From the NCBI GenBank assembly GCA_036676395.1, contig JAKFCY010000003.1, forward strand, positions 64,001-128,000: a stretch of DNA of 64,000 nucleotides, written 5' to 3'. Both the position numbers and the translations under genes were made by a program. The stretch comes from Bdellovibrio sp. GTDB lineage: Bacteria; Bdellovibrionota; Bdellovibrionia; Bdellovibrionales; Bdellovibrionaceae. The notes beneath the pieces are model-generated. The model saw only the letters and a program-made list of their open reading frames with translations. It was not told the origin of the DNA and did no database searches. This document shows positions 27,155-35,415 of the stretch, piece by piece (position 1 is the first letter of the stretch; every line of letters begins with the position of its first letter).

Positions 27155-28795
27155 CTACTTCGTAGCAGCCCACCAAGTTCTGAAACCAAAATCATATTTA
27201 AAAGTGTCGCCCGGAGATTTCACTTTGTTAGACATACCGTAGTACTCATACTTGCGGTTAAACAAGAATACATACGGAACGTCGTCAGCGATTAAGCCGT
27301 AAACTTTTTTGAAGATCACATTACGTTTCTTAGGGTCTAATTCTTGGCGACCTTCATCGATTAATTTATCAACTTCTGCGTTCGCATAAGTTCCGTAGTT
27401 AGAACCACCTTTTGAAGCTGAAGATGAATGCCAAATTTGTTTTGGATCGCCTTCAACGTCTCCGCCGCCCCAGCCCATTGCCCATAATTGCATTTGGCGC
27501 TCGTCAACATTCTTGATGAAAGTATTCCACTCTAAAAGTTTTAATTCGATATCGATACCTGCTTTTTTGCAGTCTTCTTTAACGATAGTCCATTGTTTTT
27601 CAGAATCTTTATTCGCGTAGATAAAAGTTAATTTTAACTCTGTTTTCTTACCGTTAATTTCTTTTTCTAAAACACCATTTTTATCAGCATCAGCCCAGCC
27701 AGATTTATTTAATAAGGCTTTAGCTTTAGCCGGACTGAATTCGATCGCTTTATTAGCCGGAGACTGTGCCGTTCCAACCGGTACCGGAGAAGTTGCTAAG
27801 TGATTTAAGTTTTCGGCAAATTTTTTGTTCATTTCAGCGCGATTTACTAAATGAGCAAATGCGATACGAACGTTTTTGTCAGCTAAGATTGGATCTTTAA
27901 AGTTAAAACCAATGTAGCCGTATGATTTAGGCATATCATTTTTAACAGCTAAACCGATAAACTTTTCAGAAACAGTTTTTGCTTTGAAAGGCTTGCCAGT
28001 AGCTTTTAAAAAAGTGTCAGTTGATTTGAATTCAGCGTAATCAAGGTCACCTTTTTTAAGACGTTCAACTAAGATATTATCATCTTTAGTGAAACGAAAA
28101 TTGATTTGGTCAAAGTTATAAAAACCTTTTAAAGCCGGAACATTCCAGCCATACCATTTTTCATTACGTTTGATAGAGATTGATTGGCCTTTATCGTATT
28201 TAAGTAATGAGTACGGACCGGCACCGATCGCTTCTTTTTGCATCTTTACAGACTTGTTAATATCGCCGTAAACTGATTTAGGTAAGATGATCATACCGCA
28301 AAGAGAATTTAAATTTTGAAAGTATTTTTCAGAAGCTGTGAATTTCACAGTGTGCTTATCGATAACTTCTACTTTTGAGATTTTTTCAAAGTAAGGAAGC
28401 ATATTCAAAGCTTGGTGTTTAGGCTCTCTGATCGTTTCTAAAGAAAACTTAACATCTTCTGCAGTTACTGGTTCACCGTTTTGAAAAACAGCATCTTTAC
28501 GTAAGAAAAATGTAAAAGATAACCCGTCTTTACCGATATCCCATTTTTCAGCTAGGCGTGGCTCAAAAGCCCAAGTGTTAAAGTTATTAGTACACAAAGA
28601 ATCATGCACGTAATTGTTGAAGTATTGGTTATAAACATCGCCACCCATAATTGGATGTAAGCTTTCAGGCTCAGCATCGAAGTTATAGTTAAATGCGCCA
28701 CCCTTAGGAGCCGATGCATTTGCAGTTACCGCTTGTGCAACAGAAGTTAGGTTCATGACTACCGCTGCTGCTGTGATTAGTTTTAAGAATTTCAT
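27155..28795 (-). CDS. Peptide ABC transporter substrate-binding protein (family 5)
   Basis: Signal peptide; PRLAEKW, FQNGEPVTAEDVKFS, GAGPY; start MKFLKL after SD AGGGG. Confidence 0.93.
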   Translation of the reverse strand: MKFLKLITAAAVVMNLTSVAQAVTANASAPKGGAFNYNFDAEPESLHPIMGGDVYNQYFNNYVHDSLCTNNFNTWAFEPRLAEKWDIGKDGLSFTFFLRKDAVFQNGEPVTAEDVKFSLETIREPKHQALNMLPYFEKISKVEVIDKHTVKFTASEKYFQNLNSLCGMIILPKSVYGDINKSVKMQKEAIGAGPYSLLKYDKGQSISIKRNEKWYGWNVPALKGFYNFDQINFRFTKDDNILVERLKKGDLDYAEFKSTDTFLKATGKPFKAKTVSEKFIGLAVKNDMPKSYGYIGFNFKDPILADKNVRIAFAHLVNRAEMNKKFAENLNHLATSPVPVGTAQSPANKAIEFSPAKAKALLNKSGWADADKNGVLEKEINGKKTELKLTFIYANKDSEKQWTIVKEDCKKAGIDIELKLLEWNTFIKNVDERQMQLWAMGWGGGDVEGDPKQIWHSSSASKGGSNYGTYANAEVDKLIDEGRQELDPKKRNVIFKKVYGLIADDVPYVFLFNRKYEYYGMSNKVKSPGDTFKYDFGFRTWWAATK

Positions 28796-29009
28796 ATGAA
28801 ATATTCCCCTTTTCATTCGCCTGCTAGAATAATGAAGTGTATTCGGTGTTCAAGGGGTAATTTGAATTTTATATATTATTGCTGCAGATAGCTAAAAACC
28901 TGTAATCACTTTGAAATTTTCTGTTGCGGCCCTCAAGTCCACAAGCTATCTATGCTTGAGCAAAAGTGCTAAATTTACTTATATTTTATTAAACTCTACC
29001 GAGGTTTTT

Positions 29010-30083
29010 ATGAGCTCAACCGACACCACTAGAAAAGCAAAATTTGATGCAACAACAACCATTTCATCTGAATTTGGCATCTTCGGCATCCCACTTTCTG
29101 AAGCAGAATGCCAATTAGTTATGCTGCCGGTGCCTTGGGAAGTCACAACTTCTTACGGCAAAGGCGCCTCAAACGGCCCGCGCATCATCCGCCAAGCTTC
29201 TGAACAAATCGATCTTTTCGACTTTGAAACAAAGACCGCTTATGAAGCCGGTTACTTCATGAAAGAAATCTCTGCAGAAATCGATAACAAATCAAAAAAC
29301 TTTAAAGAGATCGCGCAAAAAGTTATTCACATGAAAACTGAGCAGTCAGACGATAAAGCGACGATTGATAAATTAACAGCGCAAGTTAACCAAGCGTCAC
29401 GTGAATTAACTGACTGGGTTTACACTGAAACTAAAAAAATTCTGGATGCCGGAAAATTATTTGGTTTAGTTGGCGGTGATCACTCGACTCCATTAGGGGC
29501 GGTGAAAGCCATTTGTGAAAAGCATAAAGGCGAAGTTGGAATTCTTCATATCGATGCGCACTCTGACACGCGCAAAGCTTACCAGGGCTTTGAACAATCA
29601 CATGCTTCTATTATGTATAACGTAATGAATTTACCTGAAGCTTCTCGTCCTAAAAAATTAGTACAAGTGGGCATTCGTGATTTCTGCGAAGAAGAATTTG
29701 ATTTTATTAAATCTCGCTCTGACATTAAAACATTTTTTGACCTGCCGACTAAGCAACGTCTGTTAAAAGGCGAAAGCTGGGCTTCGGTGGCTGCAGATAT
29801 CGTTTCTGAGCTTCCGCAAAAAGTTTATATCTCATTTGATATTGATGGCTTAGACCCCCGCTTCTGCCCGTCGACTGGAACTCCTGTCATTGGTGGCTTA
29901 TCAACTGATGAAGTATTTTTCTTATTCACAACTTTAGCGGCCAGCGGCCGTCAAATCGTTGGTTTTGATTTAAATGAAGTTTCTACTGGCGAAGCTGAAG
30001 AGTCTGAATGGGATGGCAACGTAGGTGCACGTATGCTTTATAAGTTGTGTAACTGGTCAATCATGACTAACAATAAGAAATAA
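29010..30083 (+). CDS. speB: Agmatinase (ureohydrolase family)
   Basis: GGDHS, DAHSD, SFDIDGLDP..PSTGTP; speA present in the window; SD GAGG. Confidence 0.8.
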   Translation: MSSTDTTRKAKFDATTTISSEFGIFGIPLSEAECQLVMLPVPWEVTTSYGKGASNGPRIIRQASEQIDLFDFETKTAYEAGYFMKEISAEIDNKSKNFKEIAQKVIHMKTEQSDDKATIDKLTAQVNQASRELTDWVYTETKKILDAGKLFGLVGGDHSTPLGAVKAICEKHKGEVGILHIDAHSDTRKAYQGFEQSHASIMYNVMNLPEASRPKKLVQVGIRDFCEEEFDFIKSRSDIKTFFDLPTKQRLLKGESWASVAADIVSELPQKVYISFDIDGLDPRFCPSTGTPVIGGLSTDEVFFLFTTLAASGRQIVGFDLNEVSTGEAEESEWDGNVGARMLYKLCNWSIMTNNKK

Positions 30084-30084
30084 T

Positions 30085-30708
30085 ATGAGTTTACCTGCTT
30101 ACTTTGATTCGCGTGTTCCGGTTATTCTTGATCTTGGCTTTCGCGAAGATGGCATTGCTTTATTAAAACAATATGTCGAATTACTATGGGCTTCGAATGA
30201 AGAATTAAATTTATTCAGCCGCAAAATGACTGCTGAAGAATTAGTGGATAATCACGTGATCGATTGTTTGCTTCCGTTAAAACAATTTCCGACAAATTTA
30301 AAGTATGCCGCTGATCTTGGTTCTGGTGGTGGTTTACCGGGCGTGATTTATGCGATTCAATTTCCGAACACGCGATATATTTTATTTGAAAAAAGTGTTT
30401 TAAAACAAAACTTTTTGAATAAATGTAAAACTCTTGCGCCTAATTTAGTAGTGCAAGGTGAAATCCCGCATGATTTAGAAAAAGTGCAGATCGTGACGGC
30501 GCGCGCGTTTAAACCCATCGATGTGATTTTAGATATCACGCGTTCTTACTACGGTAAAAAAGGTAAATACTTTTTACTAAAAGGCCGCCAAGAAAAAATC
30601 GATGAAGAACTTCAGCTAGCTCAGAAGAAATTCAAAGATCTAAAGATCGAAAGTGTTCCGCTTCACTCACCAGTAATGGAAGTGGAGCGCCATCTTGTGT
30701 TAATCTAA
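30085..30708 (+). CDS. rsmG: 16S rRNA m7G527 methyltransferase
   Basis: NEELNL, HVIDCL, DLGSGGGLPG, VTARAF. Confidence 0.9.
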   Translation: MSLPAYFDSRVPVILDLGFREDGIALLKQYVELLWASNEELNLFSRKMTAEELVDNHVIDCLLPLKQFPTNLKYAADLGSGGGLPGVIYAIQFPNTRYILFEKSVLKQNFLNKCKTLAPNLVVQGEIPHDLEKVQIVTARAFKPIDVILDITRSYYGKKGKYFLLKGRQEKIDEELQLAQKKFKDLKIESVPLHSPVMEVERHLVLI

Positions 30709-30846
30709 ACACCAACACTGTGTCGACACACAACACATCTAGACCTACAGCCAAATTTCATTCCTGGCTTATATGACTAAACATACACTCGTGTAAGATT
30801 GATTTTGTTCACCGTAAAAAACAAAATCAATTTCACAGGAGAAATT

Positions 30847-31401
30847 ATGAAAAAAGCTTTTTTATTTTTCGCAGTCGTATTCGCTGCCGCTGTCGTAGTT
30901 CGCGCTGACCAATGCCAATGGAACTCAAAAACAGATGGCACATCTGCAAAACAGTTAATCCAAAAAAACGTTGAGCTTATCGACTGGTGTGGATCTTGCG
31001 ATGAGAAAAAACCAGGTCTTATCTATGTAGTTTCAGATGTTAGAATCGACAAAGAAACTGGCGAAATCTCAGTTAAAGCCACTTACAAATCTAGCAAAAA
31101 ACCTGTAACTCAATTCTCTACTCCAGACGGCTGGCACATGCTTGATCTAGCTTATGCTTATGTAAGAACTTCTTCTGATACATTTGCTAACTTAGCTCAC
31201 TTAGTTGGTTGCCCTTCGACGGGTTCGTATTCATTCATCCAAACTATGGGTAACTCGAAACGTCCTCACTACTACGATGCTAAAGGTGAACGCCAAGATT
31301 ACAAAATCAACAACAACATGGATATCGAAGTTATGCCTACAGAAGACATCGGTTCTTTCACTAAAGAAACTGGCCGTAAACCAGCTAACAAAAAGAAATA
31401 A
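30847..31401 (+). CDS. Secreted Cys-containing hypothetical protein
   Basis: SD AGGAG; signal peptide (VRA); DQC, CGSCD, LDLAYAYV, NLAHLVGCP. Confidence 0.75.
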   Translation: MKKAFLFFAVVFAAAVVVRADQCQWNSKTDGTSAKQLIQKNVELIDWCGSCDEKKPGLIYVVSDVRIDKETGEISVKATYKSSKKPVTQFSTPDGWHMLDLAYAYVRTSSDTFANLAHLVGCPSTGSYSFIQTMGNSKRPHYYDAKGERQDYKINNNMDIEVMPTEDIGSFTKETGRKPANKKK

Positions 31402-31426
31402 TTGTTGAATACTAACAGTTAAAAAT

Positions 31427-31458
31427 AAAAAACCCGCTTTCATCAAGCGGGTTTTTTT
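31427..31458. terminator. Bidirectional intrinsic terminator
   Basis: AAAAAACCCGCTT-tcatc-AAGCGGGTTTTTTT between convergent genes. Confidence 0.88.
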
Positions 31459-31477
31459 AGTCTTTAATTAATGCGCT

Positions 31478-31504
31478 GTTACCAGAAACAGGGCCTGGCA
31501 CCTA
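31478..31504 (-). repeat. 27-bp REP-like element, copy 2 (starts at the DksA-family gene TAG)
   Basis: Minus strand TAGGTGCCAGGCCCTGTTTCTGGTAAC. Confidence 0.75.
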
Positions 31505-31969
31505 GCGAGCGTAACGTTTATCAACTGATTCGCGGATCTCAGCACCTTCGATGCTTAAACGAGTCCAAGGAATTGCGCGAAGTCTTTCAGTCTCGATGAT
31601 CTCTTCAGTTTCTTCGCAGAAGCCGTAAGAACCGTTTTCCATTCTTCCTAATGCGCTTTCGATTTCTAATAATTGGCTGCGAAGGCGGTCAGTTTGTGAC
31701 ATCACTTCTTGTTCAGCTAAGATTCTCATAGTTTGGTCAGCTTCATCGCCACCGCGCTCAACTTGATCTAACTTACCACGCGCTTCTTTTACGCGATTTA
31801 ATAAGTCAGCTTTTGTCGTTAAAAGCTTCTCGCGGCATTCACTGATTAAAGCCTCAGTGATTTTTGGAGCTTGGAATTCAACTCTTGGAGCTGCTGGTTT
31901 TAGATCAGTTACTCTAGTCGCTGCTACTTTAGTTTTTGTAGCCTTTGGTTCAACCGTAGTTTTTGCCAT
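31502..31969 (-). CDS. dksA: DksA/TraR-family transcription factor (only one Cys in the finger motif)
   Basis: GDEADQT coiled-coil tip; IESALGRMENGSYGFCEET..I..ERLRAIPWTRLS; SD GGAGG. Confidence 0.85.
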   Translation of the reverse strand: MAKTTVEPKATKTKVAATRVTDLKPAAPRVEFQAPKITEALISECREKLLTTKADLLNRVKEARGKLDQVERGGDEADQTMRILAEQEVMSQTDRLRSQLLEIESALGRMENGSYGFCEETEEIIETERLRAIPWTRLSIEGAEIRESVDKRYAR

Positions 31970-32036
31970 TGTACCCTCCTTGCAATTAGCCCAGATTCAT
32001 TAAATTCGTTTTTATATAGAATTTAAGAGCCCAGTC

Positions 32037-32063
32037 TTATCGGCATCTTCGCCAATAACTTAA
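32037..32063 (-). promoter_or_regulatory. Sigma28 (FliA) promoter upstream of the DksA-family gene
   Basis: TTAAG-N14-GCCGATAA, with an exact consensus -10. Confidence 0.75.
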
Positions 32064-32247
32064 GTTCCAAAATGGAACTGCACACATATAAATAGAATTT
32101 TGTAATTTATGCAACGAAAATCTTACAGAAAATGAAATACAGTAAGATATTGAATTTATTAGCCAATTTTCAATCGGTAAGTCTGGGTGCTTGGCGTTAA
32201 TTTCGTAGGAATGCGTAAAAATGATCTGAAATAAAAGCTAGTACAGA

Positions 32248-32583
32248 TTATTTAAGGCAATTTTCAACGGATTTGATGATGATATCGGTCTGTTCAGCCA
32301 GCTTTTCGGCAAGGTCTTGACCCTTTTCCCCGCGCTTACGTAACGAACTTGAAGCCGTTAACATGCTGTTTGACACAGTCTTATGGGCGCGCCCTGAAGA
32401 CTCTTTTAAGGCGTCGGCGTATGAATCTAAGCTGTCAGCCACCATTTCGTGGTTCTTAATCAGACTGGTCTGAACCGCTACCTGCGCAGCTTTCATTTCA
32501 CGTAATTGGGATACGGCTTGCGAACAATCGTTGGCAAACGCGAACATCGGACTCAACACTAAGAATAAAATCAGAGTTTTCAT
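32248..32583 (-). CDS. Small secreted helical hypothetical protein
   Basis: Signal peptide (AFA); two Cys at the ends of the mature chain. Confidence 0.7.
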   Translation of the reverse strand: MKTLILFLVLSPMFAFANDCSQAVSQLREMKAAQVAVQTSLIKNHEMVADSLDSYADALKESSGRAHKTVSNSMLTASSSLRKRGEKGQDLAEKLAEQTDIIIKSVENCLK

Positions 32584-32595
32584 GACTTCTAATAT

Positions 32596-32611
32596 TGCAA
32601 AGTAGTGTCCA
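32596..32611 (-). promoter_or_regulatory. Putative sigma54 promoter
   Basis: TGGACACTACTTTGCA (GG-N10-GC); ATG follows 13 nt after GC. Confidence 0.5.
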
Positions 32612-32662
32612 AACTCTAAAGCATTAGAGTGGCTTATATTCTTTGTGAGGGCTTAAAGACGG

Positions 32663-33292
32663 CTATCCTTTAATAAAATTTTCAAACTCGTCTCGAGTTT
32701 GACCACTTAAATAAGGCAGAAGCATACGCATGATGTGGCGACGCGCTTTTTCAAAAGCCTTCGTGCTTGGCACATCACCTCTGTCAGAGGTTTCAAAAAA
32801 TTGCATAAAGCTATTCGACGAAACAAATAATAGTTCACCAATGTATTCCATCTCGTATTTTGTTTGCATCGGCTGCATGTAACCTGATTTGACCCAGTGC
32901 TTGTACATAATGATCATCAATAAGCCCAATTTTTTCATGTGCTGCTTCCAAAGTTTTGAAAGCTCGGGGTCTCTTTTTCTTAACGTGTAAATTTCGCGAT
33001 GAAAAAATCTGTACTTCCAATACAGCTGCAAATTTTTTTCGATAAACAGTTGCAAATGGATCTGCTGATTTTTCTTTGCCAGCTTGGTTTGTGGCTTCCA
33101 CACTTCAGCAGTATCTGCAGATAATTTTTTAAAAATTTCTCTGATAATCTGCTCTTTGTTTTTGTAATGAAAATATAAATTTCCCGGGCTCATCTTAAGT
33201 TCTTTAGCAATATCATTTGTTGTAACGTCTGTTGCACCGTCTGTATTAAACAATCCTAAAGCGCCTATTAAAATTCTCTCTTTGGTCTTCAT
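32663..33292 (-). CDS. TetR/AcrR-family regulator
   Basis: TKERILIGALGLF..G..VTTNDIAKELKMSPGNLYFHYKNKE. Confidence 0.93.
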   Translation of the reverse strand: MKTKERILIGALGLFNTDGATDVTTNDIAKELKMSPGNLYFHYKNKEQIIREIFKKLSADTAEVWKPQTKLAKKNQQIHLQLFIEKNLQLYWKYRFFHREIYTLRKRDPELSKLWKQHMKKLGLLMIIMYKHWVKSGYMQPMQTKYEMEYIGELLFVSSNSFMQFFETSDRGDVPSTKAFEKARRHIMRMLLPYLSGQTRDEFENFIKG

Positions 33293-33350
33293 ATAATCGC
33301 CCCTATTATTACTTTGGAAATATCTTTAACATTATGTTAAGATTATCACT

Positions 33351-34688
33351 ATGATTCAAGGAAGAATTAAAATCGCCAAATGGATTTTGGTGCCCACAGC
33401 AATAGTCGTATTAGTCACTCTGTTTCTATTCAGAGGCAACTCTCTAGATAGTGACAGTCCACACGAAAAAAGAACCGCACTAGGAACCACTTCTGAAGCT
33501 CGCAAGACTTTAGCAGACGCCTTAGGCCCACAACTTTGGAATAACCAATTACCAAAACAGCTCACTGTGGGAGACAAAGGTCTAGTTGATGTAAAATACA
33601 CGATCGATAAAGGCCTGCAGGAGCAATCTGAAAAATTACTGCTGCGTTATAAACCTGATTACGGTGCTATCGTCATGATTGATGCTACGACAGGTAAAAT
33701 TTTAGCGATGTCTAGTTATGTAAAAGGCCAACCAAAAGCCGAGAACTTAACTTTGCGTGCGTCTTTTCCGGCAGCCAGTATTTTTAAAATTATCACGGCC
33801 TCTACGGCTGTTGATCGTAAGGGTGTCGAACCCGAAGATAAAATTGGTTTCAACGGCGGTAATTACACTCTTTACAAAAAGAATGTTTTATCTGAAAAAG
33901 TAAATCGTTGGACTCGTTTTATTTCTTTGAAAGACGCTTTTGCTAGATCTATCAATACAGCGTTTGGTCGTTTAACTTTAGAAACACTTGATCCCCAAGA
34001 TTTAGCAGAATATTCAAAACGTTTTATGTTTAACAAATTTATCCCGGCAGATTTCACGTTAGAACAAAGCCAAGCCCAAATTCCTGATGAAAAAGGTTTT
34101 GAACTTACGCAAGTGGCTTCGGGGTATAACCGCTTTAACACAATGAGCCCGGTGCACGGGGCGATGATTGCCGGTGCAATCATTAATGATGGTAAAATTG
34201 TAGCTCCTTATTTAATCGAAGAGATTTCGCAAGACCAAGAGATCATCTACAAAGGTGAAGGTTACGATATCGGCCAAGCGATCACTAAAGAATCGGCCGC
34301 TAAAGTTCGCGAGATGATGGAACAAACTGTATTAAAAGGAACTTCTCGTAAAACATTTCGCAAACTTGTTCGTGATAAAAAATACGGCGATGTTGAAATG
34401 GGCGGAAAAACCGGACACTTCTCTGGCTTAAATCCAAAAGGCACAAATGATTGGTTCGTGGGTTATGCTTCTGATGGCGACACTAAAGTTGCGATCGCTG
34501 CAATCACTGTAAATATACAAAAGTGGACTGTGAAATCTTCGGCATTAGCCGAGATGATGTTTCGCGAACACTTTCGCCCAAGCCCAAGTTTAAAACCTGT
34601 GAGCGAGAAATCTGTTAAAAACTCAGTTCGACCATCACGGGGCAATGGTCAGAACCTCGTTGCTCGTGCAAAATCTGACAAGTTTTAA
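33351..34688 (+). CDS. Penicillin-binding transpeptidase-domain protein
   Basis: N-terminal TM; SIFK (SxxK), SIN (SxN), KTG. Confidence 0.9.
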   Translation: MIQGRIKIAKWILVPTAIVVLVTLFLFRGNSLDSDSPHEKRTALGTTSEARKTLADALGPQLWNNQLPKQLTVGDKGLVDVKYTIDKGLQEQSEKLLLRYKPDYGAIVMIDATTGKILAMSSYVKGQPKAENLTLRASFPAASIFKIITASTAVDRKGVEPEDKIGFNGGNYTLYKKNVLSEKVNRWTRFISLKDAFARSINTAFGRLTLETLDPQDLAEYSKRFMFNKFIPADFTLEQSQAQIPDEKGFELTQVASGYNRFNTMSPVHGAMIAGAIINDGKIVAPYLIEEISQDQEIIYKGEGYDIGQAITKESAAKVREMMEQTVLKGTSRKTFRKLVRDKKYGDVEMGGKTGHFSGLNPKGTNDWFVGYASDGDTKVAIAAITVNIQKWTVKSSALAEMMFREHFRPSPSLKPVSEKSVKNSVRPSRGNGQNLVARAKSDKF

Positions 34689-35388
34689 GATTTTTAACTA
34701 AGTTTTTAGTCACACAGACATAATCGATGCGCCAACCGTTATTATTCTCGCGCGCACCGTCTTTATAAGACCACCACGTATAGGCGCCTTTATTCTCTGG
34801 ATAAAGGTGTCTAAAACAATCCACAAATCCTAAATCTAGAAATTCAGTAAACCACTTACGCTCTTCAGGTAAAAATCCTGATACTGTGCTTAACGCTTTC
34901 GGCGCGTACACGTCGTATTCTAAGTGAGCGACGTTATAATCGCCAACTAACACGATATCGCGGCCGCGCTTGATTTCGAATTGTAAATGCAATGCTAAGT
35001 CTTTTAGAAAGCTTTGTTTGAAACCGTGGCGCTCATCACCTGAGCCACCGTTCGGAAAATAAATATTATATAAATCAAAATGCTGGTGCTGCGTCCACAC
35101 GATGCGGCCTTCGTTATCATAAGCTGGCTTATCAATCCCCTTGATCACGTTGATCGGGGTTTGGTTCATGAACGTAGCAACGCCTGAATAACCTTTGCGC
35201 TCTGCTGATGACCAGTATGAATTTTTGTAACCTAAGGTTCTGATTTCTGGTTCGACCTGGTCAATGTGAGCTTTGGTTTCTTGTAAGCACAAAATATCAG
35301 GCTTTTGCGTTTCAATAAAATTCGACAGTGTTTTTTCATAACACGCACGCACGCCATTAACATTCCAGGTTACAATTCTTTGATCCAT
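34615..35388 (-). CDS. xth: Exodeoxyribonuclease III (AP endonuclease)
   Basis: WNVNG, LQETK, GYSGV, EGR, GDYN, YTWWSY, GWRIDY, SDHCP. Confidence 0.95.
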   Translation of the reverse strand: MDQRIVTWNVNGVRACYEKTLSNFIETQKPDILCLQETKAHIDQVEPEIRTLGYKNSYWSSAERKGYSGVATFMNQTPINVIKGIDKPAYDNEGRIVWTQHQHFDLYNIYFPNGGSGDERHGFKQSFLKDLALHLQFEIKRGRDIVLVGDYNVAHLEYDVYAPKALSTVSGFLPEERKWFTEFLDLGFVDCFRHLYPENKGAYTWWSYKDGARENNNGWRIDYVCVTKNLVKNLKTCQILHEQRGSDHCPVMVELSF

Positions 35389-35415
35389 ACAGGGAAGTAA
35401 GATACAGTACTTTGT

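Noticed and set aside
27132..27166. 11-bp duplication (TACTTCGTAGC) of the binding-protein gene end, as a possible att site
   Set aside because: Short, only about 23 bp apart and with no mobile element; most likely a local duplication.
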